Below, piece by piece: positions 49,224 through 59,091 of a stretch of DNA of 64,000 nucleotides. The position numbers were made by a program, and so were the translations under genes. Each line of letters opens with the position of its first letter. Position 1 is the stretch's first letter. Below the pieces are notes generated by a model. The model worked only from the letters and a program-made list of their open reading frames with translations, was not told the origin of the DNA and made no database searches. This DNA is from Trypanosoma brucei (lineage: Eukaryota). The stretch spans positions 800,001 through 864,000 of the forward strand of contig CP000069.1 of NCBI GenBank assembly GCA_000002445.1, written 5' to 3'.

Positions 49224-50660
49224 ATGGTCAAACTTGACGTCTCACTCCTTCGCTTTCTTGAAAATGAGGATTTTCGAGTGCTTACGGCGCTTGAAATGAC
49301 TATGCGAAATCATGATGTGGCTCCTACTGCACTCATTGAGCGAATTGCGCAACTTCCACACGGCGGGTGCCGCAAACGACTACAGAACCTTCTTAAACAC
49401 AAAATGATTCACCACGAAAACACCATGTATGACGGGTTTGCCATGAAGTACACCGCATACGATTATTTGGCGCTTAGCACGTTGAGCAAACGTGGCACTG
49501 TTGCGGGTGTAGGCCACCGCATTGGTTGTGGGAAGGAATCTGATATTATCCTCGTTCAAGACGAAGCGGGTCGTGAGTGTGTGCTGAAGCTTCAACGCCT
49601 CGGCCGCTGTAGTTTTCGTACTGTCAGTCGTAACCGCGATTATAAAAATGGACGGCGTCGGCATGGTGAGAGTTGGTTTTATCTTTCACGTCTGGCGGCA
49701 GAGAAGGAGTATGCATTCATGCGAACTCTTTATGACGAAGGTTTCCCAGTGCCTAAACCAATTGATCAAAACAGACATGCTCTGCTAATGGAGTTAGTGG
49801 GCGGAACGACCCTTAACAACATTAACGTTTTGGGTGATGCCGAGTTGGTATATCGTCGTTGTCTTGATCTGATGGTAAAACTTGCTGAGCATGGCCTTAT
49901 CCATGGTGATTTTAACGAGTTTAACCTTATGGTAACCGAAGAATTACGAGTGATTGTTATAGACTTTCCGCAGATGGTGTCGACCAATCATCCCAACGCT
50001 AGTGATTTGTTTGATCGGGACGTTCATAATCTTGCCAATTTTTTTCATCGTCGTTTTAAAGTAAAAACGTTGTTTTACCCGACGCTTGAGAACGACGTTA
50101 TTCGTAAAGGAGATTTGGATCGTGTGGTGTTTGCAAGCGGATGCTTCAGCAGGAAACAGCAAAGTGAACTCGAACGACTACTGGAGGCCCAACAGGTAAT
50201 TGAAGCCGATGAAACCGAGAGTGAAAGCGGTGGCGAAGAGGACAATACAGAGGAGAAACGCGTAAAAGAACCGGTGGAAGTGGAAGGAAATGATTCTGCT
50301 GAAAGGGATGCAGGTGCAAAAATTTCTTATGCAGACCTCGAAGTTGTATGTGATGAGGCAAAAACAGGAGAGGATGATAGTGAAGTAGGGGATGAAGAAT
50401 CCGATAGCGATGCGCGCTCCATTGACAGTGCAATAAATGTGGCTGCTCAACAGCGTAGGCAGCAGCACTTGAATCCGAACTACCTCCCAGATGGTACTCT
50501 TAATGAATCGCACGTACGGTCGGAAGTTAGACGTCGCATTCGTCGAAAAGATAATCAACAGTTCGACAAGGGTCTCCACCGTAACGTGCAGAAAGGACGT
50601 CAAAAGCAGAAAATACGTAGGAAACTGAAGCATGCGGAAAATGAAGGACTCTTTGACTAA
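49224..50660 (+). CDS. RIO2: RIO-type serine/threonine kinase RIO2
   Basis: N-terminal winged-helix then RIO domain, colinear with human RIOK2 (FRVLTALEMTMRNHDVAP...YDYLALSTLSKRGTV..GVGHRIGCGKESDI...LKLQRLGRCSFR...FPVPKPIDQNRHALLMEL...LAEHGLIHGDFNEFNLMV...IDFPQMVSTNHPNA..FDRDV). Acidic then basic C-terminal extension. Confidence 0.9.
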   Translation: MVKLDVSLLRFLENEDFRVLTALEMTMRNHDVAPTALIERIAQLPHGGCRKRLQNLLKHKMIHHENTMYDGFAMKYTAYDYLALSTLSKRGTVAGVGHRIGCGKESDIILVQDEAGRECVLKLQRLGRCSFRTVSRNRDYKNGRRRHGESWFYLSRLAAEKEYAFMRTLYDEGFPVPKPIDQNRHALLMELVGGTTLNNINVLGDAELVYRRCLDLMVKLAEHGLIHGDFNEFNLMVTEELRVIVIDFPQMVSTNHPNASDLFDRDVHNLANFFHRRFKVKTLFYPTLENDVIRKGDLDRVVFASGCFSRKQQSELERLLEAQQVIEADETESESGGEEDNTEEKRVKEPVEVEGNDSAERDAGAKISYADLEVVCDEAKTGEDDSEVGDEESDSDARSIDSAINVAAQQRRQQHLNPNYLPDGTLNESHVRSEVRRRIRRKDNQQFDKGLHRNVQKGRQKQKIRRKLKHAENEGLFD

Positions 50661-51602
50661 TATTTGTTAGGGGATGGAAGGCATTTTTGTTTTTGGTTCC
50701 GTTAGGGAACCAACTATTTGTTCCCTTTTCCTCATCCCTTTTTTTTGTCTTCTGTCGACGCTGAGTCATACGCACACCCCACTGGAACTCAAAACGGTTA
50801 AAAGGTAAAATTAAACAGAAGTACGGTTGAACCTCTGGCACGCAGAGGAGAAAGGTGTGAGCAAGTATGTGATAGTACAAAGGAGTGTGCGGATGAAGGG
50901 GAATGTAAGTAAATAATTTAATTTATTTACGGACCTGTATTATGGGTATTTCCGTAACTTGTGGTAGTAACGAAGAAAGTTAACATCATTTTACCTATTG
51001 CTTCACATCACTTCACACCTGAATTAAAAAAACTGCTTGTATTTAGGAGTGTGGGTGCTCTTTCTACACATTCCTAATACTTCCCACTTTCTCAGACTGT
51101 TCCACATCTTGGAGTTTTGTACTTCATCCTTTTCTTCCTCTCTTCGATATATATATATTTTAAAAAAATTGTTTTGACTTGTAGTTATTTCGGCGATAAC
51201 GTTTCTAGATCTATAAAATAGCACTACACCTTTTTAGATTACAGTTTACATACACACACACACCTACTTTTTTTTTTTACGTTTTTAATTATTTATATAT
51301 TTTTTGGTTGGTTGATTTGAGTTTTCTTTTGTGCACGCAATCGCACGACGGAAGAAAACGTAAAAGCAAAACCGACTCTTTCATAAAACAAAAAAAAACA
51401 AAAAAATAATAACATTTTTTTTTCACTAGAAAACAGACCAAATCAGATACAAGGATAAAGAAAAAAGAGGGGGGAACGAAGAAGCAAGGGAACAGCTACA
51501 GTAAAGAAAGACACTCTCGTTCGCAGTTGCAAGTGAGGAGCCATATATAAAAATACTTTCTATAAATTAAAGCCAGAAACAAGGAAAGAAGTGAAAGAAA
51601 AA

Positions 51603-51630
51603 TAGCAATAGCAATAGCAATAGCAAGAAC
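51603..51630. repeat. (AATAGC)4 hexanucleotide tandem repeat about 40 nt upstream of the start codon
   Basis: aaatagcaatagcaatagcaatagcaag. Confidence 0.85.
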
Positions 51631-51666
51631 ACACAGAGACGCTACAAGTTTGTTTTTCCAATAGAA

Positions 51667-53349
51667 ATGTCCCACTTTCAGCCTTCGCCGTGTTTCAATA
51701 CTTTTTCTTCGTTTCTGCAGGAAATCACAAACATCGGCAGCAGCGGCATAGACACGGAGAATAAGGAGAACATCCCACCGGGATCTTTTGGTCGGTTGAA
51801 TGACGGTAAGGGAGGTTGCCGACGTAATAGCAGTCATACCTGCTTTCGTAAGCAGCAACAACACCAGGAACAGCATCAGCAGCAACAGTTTCATAATATT
51901 CCCCGAGTGAATGATTGTTGCACGCCTATGAAAGAGGTTACATATCAGCAACAACAATGCCATACAGGACTAACACCAGGAAATAAATATATGATGAACT
52001 CGGCAAACAGAGATTACCCCGTAGGCATGAATGGAATTGATTTCCTGCTTTTAGATGAGAGTGACGTCTTTGACGGAAGGGATAACGGCTTCTTCACTCC
52101 AAATGTGAAGCGTCAAGGGGGAGTAACGGGCAACCACGGAAAGGTCTCGGAACTGTTTCACGAAAGCATGGAAGCACCTAGGCTAGCACGTAACCTAAAT
52201 GATAGCATAGAGGGGGTTCCGCTTGTTGGCAACGTGCTGCAAGAGAGTGATGACGAGGATTGCCTTGATAGCTACCGCCCGACCGAAATGTCCTCGACGC
52301 AAATATTTAATCCACGGTTGCAGGGTCAAGAATCTCGGCACTGCCCGCAAGATCACTGCTCATATCAGAAGCAGGTACATCAACAACCAAGTGATCGATC
52401 ACATTTACTCGGTTCTGCCTGGTGCGAAACCGCTCCGCGTCCGAAACCCCAACCTGAGCGCAATCACACCGCCACGCGCGTTACTCACGGTACCACACCA
52501 TTGGTTGCAGTTGCTGGTAGGCGGGTACCTGTTGACAAACTACACCTTCTGCTTGGGGCTACCGCGCAGGATGGAGTGGATGGGCAGTCTGGTGCGCGAG
52601 ATGCTGTGAATACTGTGCCCCTTGTTCCTTCTTCCCGTCCTACACCTTCTGCTGCTCAAACATTTAAAGTTATTCCACTTGCGCGTCCCTCGGAACCGTC
52701 AGTATCGCCCTCACCGCTTGCAACAACGCCCCAGAATACTGTTGCTGGACCCACAACACGTCGTCTTGCATCGTCGTTATTCCATAAGGAAATGGTTGTT
52801 ATTGATTTCGGTAAAGGAAACATCATGCGGTTCAAACCTAACCCCGCTTTTCCACCTCCAGTACCGGGAAAGCGATACCTTGTTGCGGTACGCGCTAGCC
52901 GTAGTCCATACGATAATGTCGCATATAAGGATGCCGGATTGTGCTCTTATGTGCTTCGTCACCCAGCAGATGGTAGTGGATCTAATGGAACAAGTGCAAC
53001 AGCAAACATAACCATTACCAAATCATCGGGCGATGTGGAGCGCGGTATTTTCGATGGCAGCATTATTCGTTGTATGGACACCCCGGGGGATGCGGTGCAG
53101 CTTCAACTTCTTGCCGTAGAGCGTGAGGCCGCTATTGTGGAATGCCGAAAACACTTCAAATTCCTCAACCTTCCGTTTGAGCTTGTGGACGTGCACTACA
53201 CGTTCGATAGGACGATTTGTGTTGTGTATTACAACATACATCGCCAGGAGGGGACAAGCGGTCACCCCAACGTGTCTCGTCTCGTGAGGACGCTTCAATT
53301 CAGACTCAAATGCAAAGTACATTTAAAGGCGGACTTTTGCAGCGACTAA
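51667..53349 (+). CDS. Gln-rich protein with PSP1 C-terminal conserved domain
   Basis: The C-terminal ...YLVAVRASRSPYDNVAYKD...LVDVHYTFDRTICVVYYNIHRQEGTSGHPNVSRLVRTLQFRLKCKVHL resembles the PSP1-C consensus (..ve.qfDr.kltfyyta..riDFReLVr.L...rIwm). N-terminal poly-Q (QQQHQEQHQQQQ). Confidence 0.55.
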   Translation: MSHFQPSPCFNTFSSFLQEITNIGSSGIDTENKENIPPGSFGRLNDGKGGCRRNSSHTCFRKQQQHQEQHQQQQFHNIPRVNDCCTPMKEVTYQQQQCHTGLTPGNKYMMNSANRDYPVGMNGIDFLLLDESDVFDGRDNGFFTPNVKRQGGVTGNHGKVSELFHESMEAPRLARNLNDSIEGVPLVGNVLQESDDEDCLDSYRPTEMSSTQIFNPRLQGQESRHCPQDHCSYQKQVHQQPSDRSHLLGSAWCETAPRPKPQPERNHTATRVTHGTTPLVAVAGRRVPVDKLHLLLGATAQDGVDGQSGARDAVNTVPLVPSSRPTPSAAQTFKVIPLARPSEPSVSPSPLATTPQNTVAGPTTRRLASSLFHKEMVVIDFGKGNIMRFKPNPAFPPPVPGKRYLVAVRASRSPYDNVAYKDAGLCSYVLRHPADGSGSNGTSATANITITKSSGDVERGIFDGSIIRCMDTPGDAVQLQLLAVEREAAIVECRKHFKFLNLPFELVDVHYTFDRTICVVYYNIHRQEGTSGHPNVSRLVRTLQFRLKCKVHLKADFCSD

Positions 53350-53800
53350 TGTGCGGCGTCACTTCTTTTGCAGTTACGCATATTGGGAGGGAGAGGGAGA
53401 GGGAGAGGGAGAGAGAAGGTTTCAATGACTGCAAAAGTCCGTTAGTTTATAATTATTGTTGGTGGTGGTGGCTTTTTTTTTTTTTTTTTGCTGTTGTTGG
53501 TATTGTTGATGTTGCTTTTATTTTGGTTTGATAAAAATTTTTTTTTCTTTGAACGTCATAAACAGTACCCAGGACGAAGGAAGTAAATGCTTAGAAGGGA
53601 AATGAAAATAGATAACAATGAAGTGGAAGAGGCAATCACGAAATGAAAAATTGACGTTGAAGAAGATTCTAAAAAAAAAAAAGAGAAAAGGGGAAATGAA
53701 GGAGGTAAAATGTGAAAGAAAGAAGGAAGGACATTAAAATAAAAAAATAGCAGCGGCTCTGAAACTCACGATTTTGAAGTCGTTTTACCCTTGTGGAATG

Positions 53801-53822
53801 CACACACACACACACACACACA
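53801..53822. repeat. (CA)11 microsatellite
   Basis: cacacacacacacacacacaca. Confidence 0.9.
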
Positions 53823-54069
53823 GAAAATATTCCAGCAGGAACTCTGAGAGTTGTGAGAGGAATATGTTTATATTTGTTTATTTGTTTTTTTTTTGGAGGG
53901 GGGTTGGAGGCAGAAGAAAGGATGGAAGTTCTTAAATTGTTCTTCTCTTCTCTCTTGTACTTCCTCAATATATACATATGACTATCAGATTCTCACATGC
54001 ATATTAATGGAAGTCGTGAACACATTAGAAATTTAGCTTCATACTTCTTTATGCGCATTTTTTTTTTTT

Positions 54070-54087
54070 GGGGGGGGAGGGGAGGGG
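54070..54087 (+). repeat. G-quadruplex-capable G-run motif G8-A-G4-A-G4
   Basis: ggggggggaggggagggg, giving four or more G3+ tracts with 1-nt loops. It is flanked by T10. Confidence 0.6.
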
Positions 54088-56815
54088 CGTTGTTGTTTTA
54101 TTGGCGTGCACTGTAATAATTTAAATATAATCCAGTTACCGAAATGACAACCACTTTTTCTCCTTCTTTTCTGCTATTAGTTTGGTTCATCTTGGGTACA
54201 TTTTTTTTTTGTCCTGTTTTACTTATTTACTTTTTACTATTTCCGCTCTTCTTCTTTTTTTTTCTAAATCATTTCTCCTTGCTGCCATTTTCTTTGGACT
54301 TACCCGTCTGTCCATATTTATATTATTTATATATTTGTTTGTATTTGCACTTTAAAAAAATTTTAAATGTTTTTTCTCCCTGTGCAGCAGCACCTTTTCC
54401 TTTTATGATTTTTTTTCTTCCTTCTTTTTTTTTTTTAAAAATTTTTACCTGTTTGTGGTTGTCATAATTAACCATTAACGCCATAGAGCCGTCGCGGCGC
54501 TCATGAGATCTTTCGTTTTTCTCCCTTTTTTTTGTTTAAATGAAGTTTGTGGAGAGCTTTAAAAAAAAATTGTAGGGGATTTGAGCACCGCGGCAGGCCA
54601 AATTAAAAGGAGGGACAAGACAAAAAAGAAAAAAGAAAAAAACATAGAATTGTAATATTAAAAGAGTGACGGCGAGCCATGAATAAATAATAATAACTAA
54701 AAAGAAGGAGATGATTTTTTTTTTATTTAGAAAAAAAATGAAAACAAAAAAGATAAAACAAAACTTCTTTTTTACGACCAGCGGATACGAGGATTAATAC
54801 AAGTGAAGAAGGAAAGAGAAAGAAAACTGGGGAAAGAAGGTAAAATTACAAAGAAAGGGAAAAGGAAAGGGAAGACAGAAGAAGAAAAGAGAAGAAATGT
54901 GCTACAGCAAACATAAACAACCCTCCAGGTAATTCGAAATTTATATGCATATTTGTCTTTTCTTTAAGTTTTTCTTCATAAATTATTATTATTATTATTA
55001 TTTTTTTCATACACGAAGAGGAATTGTAATTGTTCTTATAGAGGGAAAACAACGCCACCACTTCCATGAAACTTAAGAAAAGATAAAAACAAGTAGCAAT
55101 TTTTTTTCTTTTTTTAAATTCTTCTTCCCACATTTTTTCTCCCTATATTCTTATTTTCTTTACACTGTTTTTATGAGGGAACTCGTAACTTGTCGCTGTG
55201 TTTAGTTGTTTTCATTTGTTTCGTTCTGTATTAAAAGTTGTTGATTTTTTTTTGTTTACTCTTCTCCTCTTGCAATTAGTGATGTTGTTATTTTTGATAG
55301 CCCCGTCTTTGTTTTGTTTTGTGTTTCTTTTTTTTTTTCCTCCTCTTTCGTGTTTCATTTTTGTATGACAACTCGCTCACATTCGCCGCGCCGCTCTTCA
55401 GAGAAACCTCTAGTGGTGGCATGTGCAATGTTAATGCCGAAGAAAATAATATATAAATATTATATATATTATTTATATATTTGTATATGTAAAAGGAAAA
55501 TTAAATATGTGAGATAAAATCAAAGATGAAAGACGAGGTGAAATTAAATAGGACAGAAGAAAAAAGGAAAAAAAAAGTGTCATCGTCGTGATCACAAGAA
55601 TCATCTTTGATTAATGAGTAAGTAAGCAAGTGCGTGTTAATTAAATTAAATTTTGTAACTAATATATAACAAGAAAATGAAAAGAGAATACTTGAGAGAT
55701 GCCAGTTCATTAGATTTCACACCATTTTTTTATTTTTATTTTTATTTTTTCATTAGATTTTTTTTTCATTTTAGATGCAAATGTGGAGAAAAGCGGAAGG
55801 AGTCGTACTGCCGAGTTGAAGGTTTTTTGTAGTACCTTTTTTCTTGTTTCGTTTTTATTTGAAAGTAAATTTGTGGTTCTTTCCTCTTATGCTCTTGTGC
55901 TCATTTACAAATCCTGTTACGGTATAAATTTTTTTTTTTAAAAAAAGAAAGTGAAAAAAGCAAACGGAGCAAATCAAATTGACGAATGAAAGAACGAATA
56001 AATGACAACGAAGAGAAGAAAAAATAAAAAGGAAATTCGTGAACATATGATAAAAAAAACTAAAAACAGGGGGACGAAAAGCAAAAAGAAAAAAACACGT
56101 CAACATAGACAAAAAATACATAGGCAAACATACACGTCGATATTATATAAATATAAATATATTTATTTATTTATTTATATTTATATTTATAGTATTGATG
56201 GTTGTATGTTTGTGTGCGTTGAAAGGGAGTGAGCGCCGATAAACTCCCTTTTGTGCGCCTTTTTGTTGTTGTTTTTTTTTTCCACATGTTTGTGTTTTCG
56301 TTCTCTCACAGTTCTGTTTTACCTATTACTCGTTATCAGTTCACTCCGTTAGATGTTATACCGCTTATTTATTAATATAAATTTATTTCCCTTGCATTTC
56401 CCTCATACCTCATTTCTTTTTTTCTTTTGAGCTCGGTCGCATGTGTGAGTTTATTTTTTTTTTGTCGGAGCTCAATGAATGAAAAGTGAGGAGGAAAAGG
56501 CAAAAAAAAACATATATATATATACTTATTTAATTTATATATGTTTTTTTCCCCTCTTCTGCTTGGGGGTATGTGAGGGAATTTCACCTTCCTGTTTCTG
56601 CAGGAAGTAAACCGCATTTAGATAAATTAAAAAGAAGGAAGAATAAATGTTTGAATCGGTGAATGAACGAAAGAGTGAAGAAATGGAGAAGTTATGGATA
56701 CGGAACAACACTGCGCATAGAAATTTTTTCAATAAAGAAAAACTTTTCCACCTCCCCACCCCTTTCCATCATTTATTTCCTCTTTACTTTTTCTTCTTCA
56801 ACGAAATTTGTTAAA

Positions 56816-57150
56816 TGTGTTATTGTTGATATTATTACTATTACTATTACTATTATTGTCATTATTGCTATTATTATTGTTGTTGTTATTACTGTTAATG
56901 CTGTTACCACTTATGTTGTCGTTATTATTATGTTTTTTTTTTTTCGTTTGACCGCTCATTTATTACTGTTGAGGTATTTCCACCTTATGTGAGCGAACGG
57001 CTTTGATAAAGTGGTGAAAGTGCCAAGAACTGTAATATAAGTTTTATTATGACAGTATTGACAATAATGATGACAACAACAACAACAATAATAATAATAA
57101 TTCATATGATAGTTGTAACAGCAATAATTTGTAACAACAGTTACAATATT
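56816..57150. repeat. imperfect inverted repeat of triplet-repeat DNA: (ATT/GTT)n arm (about 56816-56935) and (AAT/AAC)n arm (about 57040-57150) separated by about 100 nt
   Basis: Arm 1 reads ...attattactattactattactattattgtcattattgctattattattgttgttgttattactgttaatgctgttacc.... The reverse complement of arm 2 reads ...attattgctgttacaac...attattattattattgttgttgttgttgtcatcattattgtc.... Shared non-trivial words (attattgct, gctgttac, attattattgttgttgtt, gtcattattg) appear in inverted order. Confidence 0.5.
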
Positions 57151-58599
57151 GACAAATAAGTTGATTTCTTCCATGGGACACACACACACACACACCTCTG
57201 TTTTTTTTTCATTTATTTAGGCAATGAAGAGACTGGTGGTATGAAAAAAAACAAAGCTGGAAGGAATGAAGAAGGAGATAAAAGAAAAAGAAGAAATTAA
57301 ACTGGAAAAAAGGGGTTTAGATAATAAACAGTGAAAGTTCCACCTCCATAAACGCACCCACTTCCTTTTCGTATTTGTACGTTTCCTCCTCCCTCTCATT
57401 TTTTTGTTTTAAATGTTGTCGTCGGTTCTTTTCTTCTTCTTTTTTTTTCTCCCCCTTTTTTTTCCCCACTCCTATTCTCTTTCTTGTTTTTTTTTGTATA
57501 CTTCAACTTAAGCAAAGTAAACGAAAAGAAACATTTCTCCATTTTTACTTCCTCGTGAGTCGTCTTTTTTTTTTCTTTTGTGTTGTTTTATTCGAAACCT
57601 TTCTTCCTTCAATTCCAATGATTTCCTCACTTTAAAAGTGAAAGAACAAAAAAAAAAAGAGGAAAACGTTACCAAATTAAGCATGATCAAAACAAAAAAA
57701 GAAAAGATACCAAATATATAAACATATACGTATACGTTGAAATCATGCCTGCGTAAAGAAGAAAAGGAGGAGGAAGAAAGGGGAGAATAATTAAAGGGGG
57801 AAAAAAATAAGAAAAGAAAATAATAAATGGGGTGGAAAAAAAAATTAAAAAGAGACACATGCAGTTGAAGGAAACACAGAAATGTGAGCTGGAAAAAAGG
57901 AAAAAAAAAAGGAATCAAAAGAGAAAGAAAGAGAAAAAAAAAAGAATATGTAACGACCGTATAGAAGCACCGTGACGATGAAGATGATGACAATAATAAT
58001 ACACATCTTTGTCCCCCTACCACCCATACAAAACACTTTAAAACTTTTGCCAGAATTTTTTTACTTTTGTTTTTTTTTCTTACATTCATTTATCTATTCT
58101 GCAGAGAAGAATCTAACTATTTATTGAGTAGATGAATAAATTATAAGAAAAATGACAGAAATGATGGGAAGAAATTCGTTTAAAAAAAATTGGCGATTGT
58201 TTTTGTGTTTGTCTATTTACTTCTTTTTTCGTTATGTTGGTGGCGTTTTTGGTGCAATTTTTTTGTTTCATATAAATATGTTTTTTTTTGGTTACTGTCG
58301 TTGTTATTGTTGCAAAGGGTGTCGCGTGAGTCAGTATATATATATATATATATTTTCTTAGGGGTTCTCACTGTGCGCGCCTCGTATAAAATATAACGTA
58401 AAGTTAAAAAAAAAAAACTTAAACGTAACCAATAAATGTTGACATATATGCATATATATATATATATTAGCTTTACGCTAACGTGCTTCGCTTCTTGTTC
58501 CCTTGTCCATAAAGAAATGTCTATATATTTATCGTTTTGTTTATTCTGTTTCCCCAACACTTCCTCTTAGTGTTTTTACAAATGTGTGATACGCGATGC

Positions 58600-58660
58600 T
58601 TGCTTCTCTTCTTTTTTCTTTCTTTTTTTTTTTGCTGTCACACTCTTTTTTTTCTTTGAA
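58600..58660 (+). promoter_or_regulatory. polypyrimidine tract / trans-splice signal for the downstream WD40 gene
   Basis: cttgcttctcttcttttttctttctttttttttttgctgtcacactcttttttttctttg. Confidence 0.4.
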
Positions 58661-59091
58661 CAATAAATTAAAAATATATAAAATGAGGTAAATAGTGTAA
58701 CTCGACGTTGTTTACTTCAAAGCGCTGCAGTTATTTGTCTCAATAGTTTTTTTTCTTTGATTTCATTATAACATATATATATTCGGCTTATTGCGTCCGT
58801 GCTAAATCTGCATTTGGCTCAAGTGACGAAAATTATTGTTGCATAAATTTGCGAGTACTACAATTACCGCGAAATAAATAGAAGATATTTTAACCTATAG
58901 GTTATAAGGAGGAGTAGTGTTTGAAGAGGAAATTACGCAAAGAGGTAACATATAAAAAAAAGAAGAGAGGGAAGAAAAGAAAGTAGAAAGCAGCCTGCTA
59001 TCAGCAGTGAATACGTAAGTAACAAACTGAAAAACAAAAAAAAACACAAAAGGAAAGAGTCGGAATTGAAGTTAATATTTCATTTGTTCAA

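Larger units (their letters stand above)
53350..59091. other. 5.7-kb ORF-free, AT-rich, low-complexity block (probable long 3'UTR/intergenic region) dense in homopolymers and microsatellites
   Basis: No ORF above 110 aa that is not homopolymeric or low-complexity on either strand. Contains (GAGAGG)n 53385-53412, (CA)11 53801-53822, G-runs 53891-53900 and 54070-54087, (ATT)n 54982-55000, (CA)n 57177-57192, (TA)n 58337-58355 and many A10+/T10+ runs. A strong poly(Y) tract at 58600-58660 precedes the next gene. Confidence 0.7.

Noticed and set aside
12991-50660. Apparent functional clustering of ribosome-biogenesis and quality-control factors (ZNF598-like E3, IMP4, RIO2, SmE, candidate snoRNA) as an operon-like system
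   Set aside because: Kinetoplastid polycistronic units are not functionally organised, and adjacency carries no regulatory meaning. The intervening genes (PdxK, VPS41, TDH, ABC, TBC) are unrelated, so the co-occurrence is treated as coincidence.
53385-53412. (GAGAGG)n tract translated as REREREREREG in ORF 53217..53531
   Set aside because: It lies just after the PSP1-C gene stop codon in the 3'UTR. It is a repeat-driven ORF with no start context and is treated as a non-coding microsatellite.
53669-58560. ORFs inside the 5.7-kb low-complexity block (for example 53669..53977-, 54144..54467+, 56663..56992+, 57508..58089-, 58213..58560-)
   Set aside because: Their translations are homopolymeric or low-complexity (FFFF, KKKK, IIII, YYYY, CCCC runs) produced by A/T tracts and microsatellites. 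They are not protein-like.
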